DNA of 64,000 bases from Candidatus Ghiorseimicrobium undicola (GCA_002796125.1 PCWA01000075.1:10317-74316); one strand, 5' to 3'. Shown: positions 26,685-37,301, counted from the stretch's first letter. Translations and numbers: made by a program. The notes: a model not told the origin generated them from the sequence alone.

Positions 26685-28391
26685 TTAAATTAAATCCTCT
26701 TCCAAAAATCTATTTAAAATTTCTTTGACTATAGAGCAAGCGACGCTGCTGCTGCCTGCGTGTTCAATAAATACGCAAAAGGCGATTTTTGGTTTATCAG
26801 CCGGCGCAAACCCGACAAACCAGCCATGCGAAGCCTTATTAAAAACCTGCGCCGTTCCGGTTTTGCCTGCTACGGCTAAGCCCGGAATATCCAACATGCC
26901 TGCTGTACCCTGAGGATCTTTCACCGCCTCTAACAATGCCCGTTTTAAAAAATACAAATATTTTTTATTAATACGAAGTTTTTGCGGGCCGGCCTTTTTC
27001 GAGGCGCGCTTATCACCTATTTTCTCAACCAGGTAAGGGTCCACTAACAAGCCGTCATTGGCAAATACACAAACTAAACGCAGCATCTGAATCGGGGTTA
27101 CCAATAAATCACCCTGCCCGATAGAAAAATTTACTGTATCACCCTTATACCAACGCTCACCCTTTTTCAATTTCCAGTTTACGGTCGGCACAAATCCATT
27201 TTTCTCTTGGGGTAAATCTATACCGGTGGGATGGGCCAGTGAAAATTTAAAAGCGCTTGCCGATAACGCTTCCGGGCCGGCTAATAAGCCGGCGTTATAA
27301 AAGAAAATATCACAGGAATAAGCTACGGCTTTGGCTAAGTCTACTGGGCCATGCCTGGCCCAGCATTTAAAGTCCCTGCCGCCCACACGCATTTTTCCGT
27401 CACAAACAAATGTGGTATGCTCAGAAATCTTTTTAGACTCAAGGGCCGCTAACGCGGTAACCAGCTTAAATACGGACGCAGGCGGATACAAGCCGCTGAT
27501 AGCACGGTTTACAAACGGCGCATCAGCATTATTAAGCAGGCGCACTATATTTCTTCTATCATTACGCACAAACAAAGACGGATCATAAGCAGGGTGGCTG
27601 GCCATCGCCAAAATCGCCCCGCTCAATGGATTCATGATAATGACACACCCTGCTTTATCGCCTAAAGCGCTGCTGGCGATACGCTGCATATCTAAATCTA
27701 TAGTTAAAGTTATGTCCGTGCCTTTTTCCGGAACGCGCACGCCCAATAATCTAACCATGCGCCCCTTATTATCAACTTCTATTTGCATGCCTCCTTTTCT
27801 AAACCTTAAAAAAAGCTCGTAAGCTTCTTCCAAGCCGGAATAGCCGATGATATCCCTCATCTTATAACCATAAGGCTTAAGCTTATCTATTCGCGCCTGG
27901 TCAGCCTCCCGTAAATAGCCGATGATATGCGATAAATCATCTCCATAAGGATACCTTCTCTCTGTTTTGGCCTGCACGATCAGTCCCTGTAATTTATATT
28001 TATTCTCCGCTAAAGACAATGCTTCTTTTTTGGAAAGGTCCCCCTTGACTGTCACGGGTGCAAAAGGGGCAATGTATCCGCGTTTATATACCGACTGCAA
28101 ATTACTTTTGTCTTCTTTTAAAATCCTGGCCAGCTCAGTAAAAACTTTTTCTTTATCCGATAATTCTTGCGGTATAATGCTGGCAGAAAAGGACAATACG
28201 CTGTCAACCAAGACTCTTCCCTGGTTATCTAATATGTTGCCGCGGGCGGCTTCCTGAGGCACTATTCTTATGCGGTTCTTCTGGCTTAACCCATGATAAA
28301 AATCCCCTCTTATTATCTGGGTATAAAATAAACAGGAAAAAACGATAAGAAGAATTAAAACGATTATCCGAAAGAATATCCTGATTCGCAT
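26685..28391 (-). CDS. mrdA: Penicillin-binding protein 2
   Basis: SVFK, SCD, KTGTAQ motifs; between mreD and rodA. Confidence 0.95.
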   Translation of the reverse strand: MRIRIFFRIIVLILLIVFSCLFYTQIIRGDFYHGLSQKNRIRIVPQEAARGNILDNQGRVLVDSVLSFSASIIPQELSDKEKVFTELARILKEDKSNLQSVYKRGYIAPFAPVTVKGDLSKKEALSLAENKYKLQGLIVQAKTERRYPYGDDLSHIIGYLREADQARIDKLKPYGYKMRDIIGYSGLEEAYELFLRFRKGGMQIEVDNKGRMVRLLGVRVPEKGTDITLTIDLDMQRIASSALGDKAGCVIIMNPLSGAILAMASHPAYDPSLFVRNDRRNIVRLLNNADAPFVNRAISGLYPPASVFKLVTALAALESKKISEHTTFVCDGKMRVGGRDFKCWARHGPVDLAKAVAYSCDIFFYNAGLLAGPEALSASAFKFSLAHPTGIDLPQEKNGFVPTVNWKLKKGERWYKGDTVNFSIGQGDLLVTPIQMLRLVCVFANDGLLVDPYLVEKIGDKRASKKAGPQKLRINKKYLYFLKRALLEAVKDPQGTAGMLDIPGLAVAGKTGTAQVFNKASHGWFVGFAPADKPKIAFCVFIEHAGSSSVACSIVKEILNRFLEEDLI

Positions 28392-28418
28392 TTATAATCC
28401 CTAATTCGAAAACCGCGC

Positions 28419-28892
28419 TCAGACAAAAAGCCCTCTGGCGGCTTTTTTAAAAACGTCAAACAAAATATAAGCGAATAAAATATTATAGATAACTTCTACA
28501 AATAGAGTCAGAAATAAAAATCTTCCGGCAGCAAAATTTCCCTTAATCATCAAAGAGTTTAATAAGATATGCAGCAGAAAATCGCCTATGGTAGCCAGGA
28601 CTACAATTAAAAGATAAAGAACCCGGTTGTCTTTATATAAATGCTTATTGATTCTATCGGAAATTAAAACCCATAGGGTAAAATAAAAAATGTTGGCGCC
28701 AAACGGGGCTGAGGAAACGGCATCTTTTAACATGCCGCATAAAAAGGCGATAAATAATGCTTTCTTAAGGCCGAACAGGCCCGCAAAAACTACAAGGATT
28801 AAAAAAATATCCGGGCGGACATTAAAAAGAAATAAATTTGGAGGTAAAACAATACCAAAAACTAAACAGAGCAATATATATAATATTATCAT
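28419..28892 (-). CDS. mreD: Rod shape-determining protein MreD
   Basis: Hydrophobic, RPD motif, position after mreC. Confidence 0.85.
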   Translation of the reverse strand: MIILYILLCLVFGIVLPPNLFLFNVRPDIFLILVVFAGLFGLKKALFIAFLCGMLKDAVSSAPFGANIFYFTLWVLISDRINKHLYKDNRVLYLLIVVLATIGDFLLHILLNSLMIKGNFAAGRFLFLTLFVEVIYNILFAYILFDVFKKAARGLFV

Positions 28893-28932
28893 GGATAATA
28901 AACAACAACATAAATCGCGAGGGGAAATTCTT

Positions 28933-29718
28933 TTATTTAAGTACCGCTACTTCCTCCAGGATAGAAAGCTTGACTTTAGGACGGATTATTGCTTGAGCGC
29001 TCACGCCGTCCTCTTCTTTGTGTACGCTAATAACCTCCCCTATAACTATGCCTTTTTCATAATCGTTATCCAGGCCCAAAGTAAGAATCAAATCGCCTTC
29101 TCTAATATCCGAATCTGATGCTAAATAGCGCATAAGGCATCTTCCCAATAACGTTCCCGAGATAACGCCTGTTTCCCTGGAACGCTGATCAAATGCCGCT
29201 ATGTTTAAATTCGGGTCGGTTATAAGCATAACTCTGCTTGTATTCTTAGAAACATCAATAACCCTGCCTGCCAAACCCAGCTCTGTAATAACTAATTTTC
29301 CGTCTTTTATCCCGTCATTAAGGCCTTTATTAATAATCAGGCTGTTGGCCCAATTAGAGGCATCGCGGCAAATCACCCGCGCGGCAATCGTCGTTAAATC
29401 AGTATTTTGCTTAAATGAAAGCAGCTTTCTAAGGCGGGCATTTTCAAGATCTAACTCACGCGCCCTGATAAACCCTTGCTTTAATGATTCATTTTCTTTT
29501 TCTAAAACCGCTGCTTTACGGTAATTTATGCGGTACGATAATAATGCCTTAACTTCATTGACAATAAAATTAACGGCATAAATCGGGAATTTAATCGCGC
29601 TGACTATTATTGGTTTTGGGGAAGGTAAAAATGAAAAATTAAAAATCAGAATTAATATTATCGCTAATATTAATAAGGTAAGTGTTTTCTTCTTGCGTTT
29701 AAAGTTAAATAATGGCAC
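28933..29718 (-). CDS. mreC: Rod shape-determining protein MreC
   Basis: ENARLRKLL, INKG, GLAGRV, GIVIGEV. Confidence 0.93.
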   Translation of the reverse strand: MPLFNFKRKKKTLTLLILAIILILIFNFSFLPSPKPIIVSAIKFPIYAVNFIVNEVKALLSYRINYRKAAVLEKENESLKQGFIRARELDLENARLRKLLSFKQNTDLTTIAARVICRDASNWANSLIINKGLNDGIKDGKLVITELGLAGRVIDVSKNTSRVMLITDPNLNIAAFDQRSRETGVISGTLLGRCLMRYLASDSDIREGDLILTLGLDNDYEKGIVIGEVISVHKEEDGVSAQAIIRPKVKLSILEEVAVLK

Positions 29719-29722
29719 CTAT

Positions 29723-29780
29723 GAGTTCTCAAATTCAACGGCTCTTGGGTTCTCGAGTTCATGAAATCACTCAAGAACTC
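29723..29780. repeat. Mirrored 8-mer array (GAGTTCTC-like ... ACTCAAGAACTC)
   Basis: gagttctc ... gggttctc gagttcat ... actcaagaactc between mreB and mreC. Confidence 0.55.
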
Positions 29781-29784
29781 TATA

Positions 29785-30861
29785 TTATATTTCCTGTCGT
29801 TGAGGCACAGTTACACGCCTCAAGTATTTTATTTCGTTTAAAACTTTTCCCGTGCCTAATGCTACGGCGGTAGTCGGCTCGTCAGCAACGTGCACAGGAA
29901 GGCTTGTTTCTTCGGCTATCAGCTTATCTAAGCCGCGTAAAAGCGAACCGCCCCCAGCCATAACTATGCCATGATCTATCAAATCCGCCGATAATTCCGG
30001 CGGCGTTCTTTCAAGTGAAATTTTTATCGCTTCTATTATCGCCTGTATCGGCTCATGCAGCGCTTCCCTTACTTCTTCGGAAGAAATTGTAACCGCCTTA
30101 GGTAAGCCCGAAATCAAATCTCTTCCTTTAATATCCATGCTTAATTCGTCTTCCAAAGGAAAAGCCGAACCGATTTTCCACTTTATAGCTTCTGCTGTGC
30201 GCTCGCCAATCATTAAATTATATACTTTTTTGATATGCTCCACTATCGCCCCATCCATCTCATCTCCGCCGATACGTATGGATTTAGAAAAAACTATTCC
30301 GGCCAAGGAAATTACGGCGATCTCGGTCGTTCCTCCTCCTATATCTACAATCATATTTCCGGTGGGTTCCTGTATAGGAAGGCCGACACCGATGGCAGCA
30401 GCCATCGGCTCCTGCACTAAAAATATCTCCCTGGCTCCCGCGCGTTCGGCAGAATCTCTAACTGCCCGCTTTTCTACTTCGGTTATGCCGGAAGGTATAG
30501 CTATAACCATGCGCGGCCTGACCAATACTTTCCTATGATGAACCTTCTTTATAAAATACCTAAGCATTGCCTCGGTTATTTCAAAATCCGCTATTACGCC
30601 GTCTTTCATCGGCCTTATTGCCACTATATCCCCGGGCGTACGTCCCAGCATCCTTTTTGCCTCTTCTCCCACAGCAAGTACTTTAGGAGTCCCTTTTTGT
30701 ATAGCAACTACTGAGGGTTCGCACAAAACCACGCCGTCCCCCTTTACATAAACCAAGGTTGTGGCAGTGCCTAAATCTATGCCCATATCATTAGAAAAAA
30801 GACCTAATATATAATTCAGAGCTTTACGGACAATATCCATAACTGTTTTAAATTTAGGCAT
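29785..30861 (-). CDS. mreB: Actin-like MreB
   Basis: [38 protein letters not shown]. Confidence 0.97.
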   Translation of the reverse strand: MPKFKTVMDIVRKALNYILGLFSNDMGIDLGTATTLVYVKGDGVVLCEPSVVAIQKGTPKVLAVGEEAKRMLGRTPGDIVAIRPMKDGVIADFEITEAMLRYFIKKVHHRKVLVRPRMVIAIPSGITEVEKRAVRDSAERAGAREIFLVQEPMAAAIGVGLPIQEPTGNMIVDIGGGTTEIAVISLAGIVFSKSIRIGGDEMDGAIVEHIKKVYNLMIGERTAEAIKWKIGSAFPLEDELSMDIKGRDLISGLPKAVTISSEEVREALHEPIQAIIEAIKISLERTPPELSADLIDHGIVMAGGGSLLRGLDKLIAEETSLPVHVADEPTTAVALGTGKVLNEIKYLRRVTVPQRQEI

Positions 30862-30920
30862 TTTTATTTCTCCTCAAAATATAAAATAGACCTATTTTTA
30901 GGCCAAAATCGTGTCCTTAA

Positions 30921-30949
30921 TTTATACCAAAGCTTGATACTTATGTCAA
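30921..30949 (-). promoter_or_regulatory. Predicted sigma70 promoter for the mre operon
   Basis: TTGACA-N17-TATAAA with TGn. Confidence 0.75.
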
Positions 30950-30964
30950 TAGGAAAATTAAACG

Positions 30965-30993
30965 TTGACTTTAAAAATATTATATGTTATTTT
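30965..30993 (+). promoter_or_regulatory. Predicted divergent sigma70 promoter for the FtsH-like gene
   Basis: TTGACT-N17-TATTTT with TGn. Confidence 0.6.
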
Positions 30994-31018
30994 TATGCAT
31001 ACGGAGGAAAATTTATCC

Positions 31019-32707
31019 ATGGACTTTAAAAAAATAAAATATCTTAGTAAACTTTATATCCAGCTATATTGGATACGGATCATCGTTATTACTCTAGCTG
31101 CCGGGCTGGTAATATCTCTGATTGTCTGTCTTAAATTAGGCATTAAGGCCTGGAATGAATCAGAATCATATCTCAGGCAATCACAGCTGGCAGTAATCCC
31201 TATACAAATATATCTTCAATTCATAATGGCATTTGTATTTGCAGGGGTATACGTAGTGCTATTACGATGGGTACTTTACAATAGAGGCTCAAGTTCTTTT
31301 ACGCAAACGCAGAAAAAAGCCTTATCCGGAAAAGACATCCGGGTGAAATGGGAAGATGTTATAGGTATGGATGAGGCCAAACAAGAAGCTCACGAAGTTG
31401 TCAACCTAATCCAAGACCGCGCAAGCGTTCAGCAAGTAGGCGGACAGATATTACGCGGACTCTTAATGCTGGGGCCTCCCGGATGCGGCAAAACTTATCT
31501 TGCCAAAGCTATAGCAACGGCAACAGACATCCCTTTTATATCCATGTCCGGCTCTGAATTTGTGGAAATGTTTGTAGGTGTTGGCGCCGGACGCGTGCGT
31601 AGTTTATTTAAACGCGCAAGGCTACTCTCACAATTTAAAGGTGCATGCATTATATTTATTGACGAGATAGATGCCCTGGGAGCCAGGCGTGCTTTAGATG
31701 CCGGATTCGGCGGAACTACTGAACATAATACCACGTTAAACCAATTACTTGTGGAGATGGATGGCCTAAAAGAAAAAGATACAAATATCGTAGTCATAGG
31801 CGCAACCAACCAAATGGAGAAACATTTAGACTCGGCCTTACTTCGCCCGGGCAGATTTGACAGAAAAATCTATGTTGATACACCCAATCTTGAAGACAGG
31901 CAAAAATTATTCGCTTATTATCTTAAAAAAATAAACTACGATGAAAATGATGTAAAAATAGAACGCCTGGCACGCATTACCGTTGGTTACAGTCCGGCAG
32001 AAATCGCTAATTTAATTAAGGAAGCGGCGCTTATCTGTGTACGCCACAAAAGGCAGCTCATCACAATGAAAGACATAGATGATGCCAGGGAAAGAATTGC
32101 GCTTGGCATAAAACGGAGAATTAAATACCGCGAAGAGGAAAAATGGCAAGTCGCCTATCATGAAGCAGGACATGCCATCATCACCTATCTGCTTGTACCC
32201 ACGCAGGACGTATTTAAAATAACCATAACGCCGCGCGGGCATACCGGCGGAGTAACATGGACGCCGGAACGCGAAGAAATATTCATCCGCGACCGGCATA
32301 AGCTCCTTGGGAGAATTAAAAGTTCTTTAGGCTCATATGCCGCCGAAAAGTTAAAATTAGGCATGACTACGGCAGGGGTGGATAGCGATTTTAGCTCAGC
32401 ACTCTATACCGCGCACAACATGGTTTATCGCTGGGGCATGGGAAAATCAGGCCTCTTGGGAAACTTTGATATGCTTAATTATTACTCCTACGATGGGAAA
32501 AATACACTCTCTGAAGAGATAAAAGGCCGGCTGGATAACGACGTCCAGGATATACTGCAAAACTGCATGACTGAAGTGGAAGGCGTACTAAAACAAGAAG
32601 AAAGCCTCCTTGACCGGCTTGCGAATGAATTAGTAACCAAGGAAGAACTTAATTATGACGAAATTGAGGCTATCTTTAAGGAATTCGGTAAGAATCGCGC
32701 TCAATAG
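31019..32707 (+). CDS. FtsH-like AAA+ zinc metalloprotease (M41), no large periplasmic domain
   Basis: 2 TMs, GPPGCGKT, IIFIDEIDA, ALLRPGRFDR, HEAGH; start at ATG 31019 after GGAGG. Confidence 0.92.
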   Translation: MDFKKIKYLSKLYIQLYWIRIIVITLAAGLVISLIVCLKLGIKAWNESESYLRQSQLAVIPIQIYLQFIMAFVFAGVYVVLLRWVLYNRGSSSFTQTQKKALSGKDIRVKWEDVIGMDEAKQEAHEVVNLIQDRASVQQVGGQILRGLLMLGPPGCGKTYLAKAIATATDIPFISMSGSEFVEMFVGVGAGRVRSLFKRARLLSQFKGACIIFIDEIDALGARRALDAGFGGTTEHNTTLNQLLVEMDGLKEKDTNIVVIGATNQMEKHLDSALLRPGRFDRKIYVDTPNLEDRQKLFAYYLKKINYDENDVKIERLARITVGYSPAEIANLIKEAALICVRHKRQLITMKDIDDARERIALGIKRRIKYREEEKWQVAYHEAGHAIITYLLVPTQDVFKITITPRGHTGGVTWTPEREEIFIRDRHKLLGRIKSSLGSYAAEKLKLGMTTAGVDSDFSSALYTAHNMVYRWGMGKSGLLGNFDMLNYYSYDGKNTLSEEIKGRLDNDVQDILQNCMTEVEGVLKQEESLLDRLANELVTKEELNYDEIEAIFKEFGKNRAQ

Positions 32708-33548
32708 CCTCACCTGCCTCTTACTCGCCTGCCTTTGCGGCTGCTCCTCTTCCACAACTTCCACTTTTAGCCGCCAAAACATTACCCAATCAATTCAAGA
32801 TATCTGTAAAGAGGAGTACGCCTTAGACATTAAGGCCAAACTCGCAGGAGATACTCTTTGGATTTATATACCCGTTGAGGATATCCTTACAGAAACCGAT
32901 CCCCCGGTAAAATATACGGAAGAATTCAATATTGAAACAAACGAAAGTGAAATCAAAGACGGTTTAGTAAAAGTCAATTACAATATCAAGCCTGTTCCTA
33001 AAATAGAAAAATACCAGGAAAAAAAATACAACGAGAAGGTTATTGAGAAGATTAATAACGTAATGATAGTCCTGCGCCGGGTAATCTTCAGCATGGAGCG
33101 CAAGAAAAGCAAAGAACCCGCCTTTTACAGCATAATAGCCGCTGATATAAAAAATGGCCTTATTATGTGGAGCACCTTGTATTATCTTGACTTAAAAAAA
33201 GTATCTTATGGATTTATATCATGGACAGAATACCAGCATCGCAACATCAGCGATATAGTTATGGCGCCGCAGGTAAAAGATGATAAGGAAGGAAAAAATA
33301 TTCAATATTCCGACATAACCCTTGAAGAATTTATCGCAGCCCAAATAAGCCACCGTATAAAACTTAAATTTCAGAAACCGGAAGTAGATGAGAATGCCGA
33401 TATTGACAAAGAGATACGTAAAATAATCACTACTACTTTAAAAATATACGGCTTTAGTGATTTTTATGAAGCGCAGCTATATAACTCCTTAACCAAAAAT
33501 AAAATAATCATAAACCGCAAAGCGGTACTAGAACACTCTACAGAATAA
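32655..33548 (+). CDS. Hypothetical lipoprotein
   Basis: Lipobox-like LLACLCG/C followed by a Ser/Thr linker; overlaps the FtsH-like gene; start uncertain. Confidence 0.75.
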   Translation: MTKLRLSLRNSVRIALNSLTCLLLACLCGCSSSTTSTFSRQNITQSIQDICKEEYALDIKAKLAGDTLWIYIPVEDILTETDPPVKYTEEFNIETNESEIKDGLVKVNYNIKPVPKIEKYQEKKYNEKVIEKINNVMIVLRRVIFSMERKKSKEPAFYSIIAADIKNGLIMWSTLYYLDLKKVSYGFISWTEYQHRNISDIVMAPQVKDDKEGKNIQYSDITLEEFIAAQISHRIKLKFQKPEVDENADIDKEIRKIITTTLKIYGFSDFYEAQLYNSLTKNKIIINRKAVLEHSTE

Positions 33549-34137
33549 CAACTTTTCTATTTTCTATCTTAAATCTATTTTCAGCCAGCAGGCCAATAGC
33601 TTTAGGATAAATTTTATGTTCAAGCCTGTGTATCTTCTTCTCTAGTATTTCCAAGCTGTCTTTCTCTTCTATTTTTACCGGCTCCTGCATTATTATCGGC
33701 CCGTTATCGATTTTCTCATCCACAAAATGCACAGTCACGCCTGTCAGTTTTACGCCGTAATCAAGGGCGTCCTTTATAGCGGAAGCACCTTTAAAAGACG
33801 GAAGCAATGCCGGATGAATATTTATAATTTTATCTTTATACGCGCTTATCAAATTAGGGCCTAATATAAGCATAAAACCTGCCAAAACTACCAGGTCAAC
33901 ATTATTTTGCTTTAGCTGATCAATAACTTCGGCTTCAAAACTTTTTTTATCCGGAAAATCTTTCGGCGTTATTATTACAACTTTTACCCCCGCCCTCCTT
34001 GCCCTGCTTATCGCCGGCGCTTTCGGATTATCAGTTACCATCAAGGCAATATTGACCTTAAGGCTTCCTTTCTTAACCTGCCTGATAATGGCGGATAAAT
34101 TAGTGCCTTTTCCCGAAGCAAAGACAGCAATATTCAT
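33538..34137 (-). CDS. purN: Phosphoribosylglycinamide formyltransferase
   Basis: FASGKGTNL, LAGFM, INIHPALLPSFKG, GVTVHFVD. Confidence 0.97.
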   Translation of the reverse strand: MNIAVFASGKGTNLSAIIRQVKKGSLKVNIALMVTDNPKAPAISRARRAGVKVVIITPKDFPDKKSFEAEVIDQLKQNNVDLVVLAGFMLILGPNLISAYKDKIINIHPALLPSFKGASAIKDALDYGVKLTGVTVHFVDEKIDNGPIIMQEPVKIEEKDSLEILEKKIHRLEHKIYPKAIGLLAENRFKIENRKVVIL

Positions 34138-34154
34138 AAATTAATTCTCCTTTA

Positions 34155-34252
34155 AAAAATAGGGACACATCCTATTTATTGCGAATTTTTATGTTAGGTA
34201 GCTATTCTAAAATGATAAGTAGATAAAGAAAATAGGATGTGTCCCTATTTTT
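34155..34252. repeat. REPIN-like doublet: perfect 23-bp inverted repeat of an internally palindromic unit
   Basis: AAAAATAGGGACACATCCTATTT (34155-34177) / AAATAGGATGTGTCCCTATTTTT (34230-34252); contains the rnfB stop codon. Confidence 0.85.
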
Positions 34253-35045
34253 CTCGTTTCGCGATTGCTTTCGTCGGGCAAACCGTAAAGCAAACACCCG
34301 CGTTCTTACACTTGGAATAATCAAAAACCGCTAAATTATTTTTTATCTCTATTGCTTTATGCGGGCAGGAATTAGCACATTTACGGCAGGCAATACAGCC
34401 GACCTTGCACACACTCATTACTTTTTTACCTAAATCCAATGATGAACAATTCGTATAATACGGTTTATCTGCCGCTATAAGGCTAAACAAATTTTTAGGG
34501 CATATTGCCACGCATTTCCCGCAAGCAGTACATTTATTCTCGTCTACTACGGGCAATTCTTCCTCTCCCATTGTAATCGCGCCGAACGGACATACTCTAC
34601 TGCAGTCACCAAAACCAAGGCATCCATATAAACAGGCCTTATGCCCGCCCATAATAAGATTGGATGCGGCACAAGTTTTAATGCCGTCATAAATAAACCT
34701 GCCCTTTACTTTCCTGCCCCCTCCACAATGAAGCACGGCTGCGGTTTTTATCTTTTCTTTTAACGCAACGCCCAAGATTTTAGAAATTTCCCGTCTTTCT
34801 TCGTCCTCAGTAGCAACGCAGGAATTAACGCTGGCCTCTCCCTGTATAAGGCTTTCCGCAAAACCAATGCAGCCGGGCTTGCCGCAAGCGCCGCAATTTG
34901 CCCCGGGCAGGCATTTAATTATTCCCGTAAGCCTGGGGTCTTCGGCAACGCAAAACTTTTTTGAAGCAAAGGCCAGGCCCAGGCCAAATAAAATACCCAA
35001 TGAACTTAACACTATAATAGGTAATATAATTTCCATCATTCTCAA
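34245..35045 (-). CDS. rnfB: Rnf complex subunit B
   Basis: LPGANCGACGKPGC, CLGFGDC, multiple ferredoxin CxxCxxCxxxCP motifs. Confidence 0.95.
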   Translation of the reverse strand: MRMMEIILPIIVLSSLGILFGLGLAFASKKFCVAEDPRLTGIIKCLPGANCGACGKPGCIGFAESLIQGEASVNSCVATEDEERREISKILGVALKEKIKTAAVLHCGGGRKVKGRFIYDGIKTCAASNLIMGGHKACLYGCLGFGDCSRVCPFGAITMGEEELPVVDENKCTACGKCVAICPKNLFSLIAADKPYYTNCSSLDLGKKVMSVCKVGCIACRKCANSCPHKAIEIKNNLAVFDYSKCKNAGVCFTVCPTKAIAKREK

Positions 35046-35059
35046 AATGGTTCAACCTT

Positions 35060-35100
35060 TAAATTCGGCCAGATGCGCCTACGGCGGATGGCCTCATTTA
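35060..35100 (-). repeat. G.A-mismatch hairpin element (family D, short form) starting at the rnfA stop
   Basis: - strand TAAAT-GA-GGCC-ATCCGCC-GTA-GGCGCAT-CT-GGCC-GA-ATTTA. Confidence 0.75.
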
Positions 35101-35706
35101 GAACCTAAAACCTCCGAATCCCATAAAAGCCAGGCTCATCAGACTTGCCACGACAAAAGCGATAGGAATGCCTTTCATGCTTTCGGGAATATCCAATAAA
35201 TCCAGGCGCTCTCTTATCGCTGACATTAAAATTAACGCTAATGTAAAACCCAGTCCGGCAAACACGCTTTGCGCCAGCCCCAGGAGAAAACTCCCAGCTA
35301 CCGCGTGATTATCTTTAAAAAATTCATTTGTATTTAATAAGGTTACTCCCAGAATAGCGCAATTCGTAGTTATCAATGGAAGGTATATTCCCAGCGCCCG
35401 GTATAAAGCGACGCTTACCTTGCGTATTACCATTTCCACAAACTGAACGAAAGCGGCAATCACCAGAATAAAGGTAATCGTTCTTAAATAGGTAATTTCA
35501 AATGGAATAAGCACATAATTATACAAAAGCCACGTAATTACCGATGAGGCTGCCATAACAAAAGTAACGGCAATACCCATGCTGATAGCCGGTTTTGTTT
35601 CGCGCGAGACGCCGATGAAAGGGCACATCCCCAAAAACTTAGAGAGAATAAAATTATTGATGAAAACCATGCTGATGATAATCATTATTAATCTGCCTAA
35701 GTCCAT
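35098..35706 (-). CDS. rnfA: Rnf complex subunit A
   Basis: NNFILSKFLGMCPF, GIYLPLITTNCAILG, SLAFMGF. Confidence 0.96.
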   Translation of the reverse strand: MDLGRLIMIIISMVFINNFILSKFLGMCPFIGVSRETKPAISMGIAVTFVMAASSVITWLLYNYVLIPFEITYLRTITFILVIAAFVQFVEMVIRKVSVALYRALGIYLPLITTNCAILGVTLLNTNEFFKDNHAVAGSFLLGLAQSVFAGLGFTLALILMSAIRERLDLLDIPESMKGIPIAFVVASLMSLAFMGFGGFRF

Positions 35707-35710
35707 CGCT

Positions 35711-36304
35711 TTATCCTTTATTGCTGCTTTTTAATTTCATAAAAGCAATTACGAATCCCAGGGTCAACAGCGCTCCGGGTGCAAGTATCATCACAGACGC
35801 CGGCTCATAGCCCTTTATTAAAACAAACCCGAAAATCTTGCCTGCTCCCAAAATCTCGCGTATGGAAGATATTATTAAAAGCGCCAGCGTAAAGCCGCAC
35901 CCCATGCCTAAAGCGTCAAATGCCGAATGCAGAATATTACGCTTGGAAGCAAAGGCCTCCGCCCTTCCCAAAACAATACAGTTTACCACTATCAAAGGGA
36001 CAAAAATCCCCAGGGATTTATTTAGCGCGGGAAAATATGCTTTCAAAAGCATCTCTACAATTGTTACAAATGTCGCGATAACCACGATAAAACAGGGAAT
36101 GCGAATTTTATCCGGAATAACCTTGCGCAATGATGAAACAATAATGTTTGAGCCAAAAAGAACAAATGTCGCAGCAGCACCCATCCCTATGGCGTTTATG
36201 GCGGAGACCGATACCGCAAGCGTAGGACATAACCCTAACGCCAAAACCAAAACAGGATTTTCCTTTAGCAAACCTTTATTGAATTCCGGTATTATTTTTC
36301 TCAT
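35711..36304 (-). CDS. rnfE: Rnf complex subunit E
   Basis: ENPVLVLALGLCPTLAVS, PLIVVNCIVLGRAEAFA, REILGAG. Confidence 0.96.
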   Translation of the reverse strand: MRKIIPEFNKGLLKENPVLVLALGLCPTLAVSVSAINAIGMGAAATFVLFGSNIIVSSLRKVIPDKIRIPCFIVVIATFVTIVEMLLKAYFPALNKSLGIFVPLIVVNCIVLGRAEAFASKRNILHSAFDALGMGCGFTLALLIISSIREILGAGKIFGFVLIKGYEPASVMILAPGALLTLGFVIAFMKLKSSNKG

Positions 36305-36305
36305 C

Positions 36306-36362
36306 TAATGAGGCCATAACTTATGGAGCTCGAAGAGCGACATAAGTTATTTGGCCGAATTA
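36306..36362 (+). repeat. G.A-mismatch hairpin element (family D) filling the rnfD/rnfE junction
   Basis: TAAT-GA-GGCC-ATAACTTATG-GA-GCTC-GAA-GAGC-GA-CATAAGTTAT-TT-GGCC-GA-ATTA. Confidence 0.85.
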
Positions 36363-37301
36363 CGGCGAATACCTCTTCGGCCTGACAAACCTGTCTATCA
36401 ACGGCACAAAAGCATTCATTATAAGTATAGAATAACTGACGCCTTCGGGATAACCGCCCCATTTTCTAATCACAAATGTGAGCAGTCCGCACCCTAAGCC
36501 AAAAATAAACTGCCCTTTTGCCGTTAACGGAGTAGTTACATAATCCGTTGCCATGAAAAATGCTCCCAGGATCAAGCCTCCGGAAAGTACCGCGAATATA
36601 AAATCGCCCTTAAATAACGCTTCTCCTGAAAATATCCAGCTTAAAAGAGCAACTATCGTAATAAAAGCAAAAGGCGCATGAAGCGAAATTATTTTTCTCA
36701 CCCACAGATAAAGTGCCCCAATAAGTAAAGCAACAATACAAACTTCGCCTATACATCCGCCTCTGCCACCGGTTAAAAAATCAAAATATGATAGATTCAT
36801 CTGGCCGAGGTTCAATGCCTTTCCTTCCTTAAGCAAGGCCAGCGGCGTGGCAGCCGTTATGCTGTCATACGGCTTTATGAATGTCGTCATATAAGTAGGC
36901 CAGGCAGCCAGTAAAAACGCCCTGCCTACCAAAGCCGGATTAAAGATATTTCTGCCCAAGCCGCCAAATGCCTGCTTGGCAACCGCTATAGCAACAAAAC
37001 TTCCCACAACCGGAAGCCATAAAGGAACGTTGGCGGGCAGGTTATAGCTAAGCAGCAATCCGGTAAGAATCGCGCTGGCATCCAGAATACTGACTTTTTT
37101 TCCGCGCAGGCGGCAAATAAGGGCCTCAAACAACAGCGCGGAAAAAACTCCTGCAAGCATTACCCACAAAGCTCCAATCCCGAATATCCATACGCCGGCA
37201 ATGCCCGAAGGGATAAGAGCAATTACTACTGCCCACATAATATACGATACCGATTCTTTTCTATGTATATGGGGAGATGTGGAAACTATTAGATTATCCA
37301 T
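36360..37301 (-). CDS. rnfD: Rnf complex subunit D
   Basis: SPHI, FGGLGRNIFNPALVGR, TAATPL FMN site, FFMATDYVTTP; start set at ATG 37301. Confidence 0.95.
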   Translation of the reverse strand: MDNLIVSTSPHIHRKESVSYIMWAVVIALIPSGIAGVWIFGIGALWVMLAGVFSALLFEALICRLRGKKVSILDASAILTGLLLSYNLPANVPLWLPVVGSFVAIAVAKQAFGGLGRNIFNPALVGRAFLLAAWPTYMTTFIKPYDSITAATPLALLKEGKALNLGQMNLSYFDFLTGGRGGCIGEVCIVALLIGALYLWVRKIISLHAPFAFITIVALLSWIFSGEALFKGDFIFAVLSGGLILGAFFMATDYVTTPLTAKGQFIFGLGCGLLTFVIRKWGGYPEGVSYSILIMNAFVPLIDRFVRPKRYSP

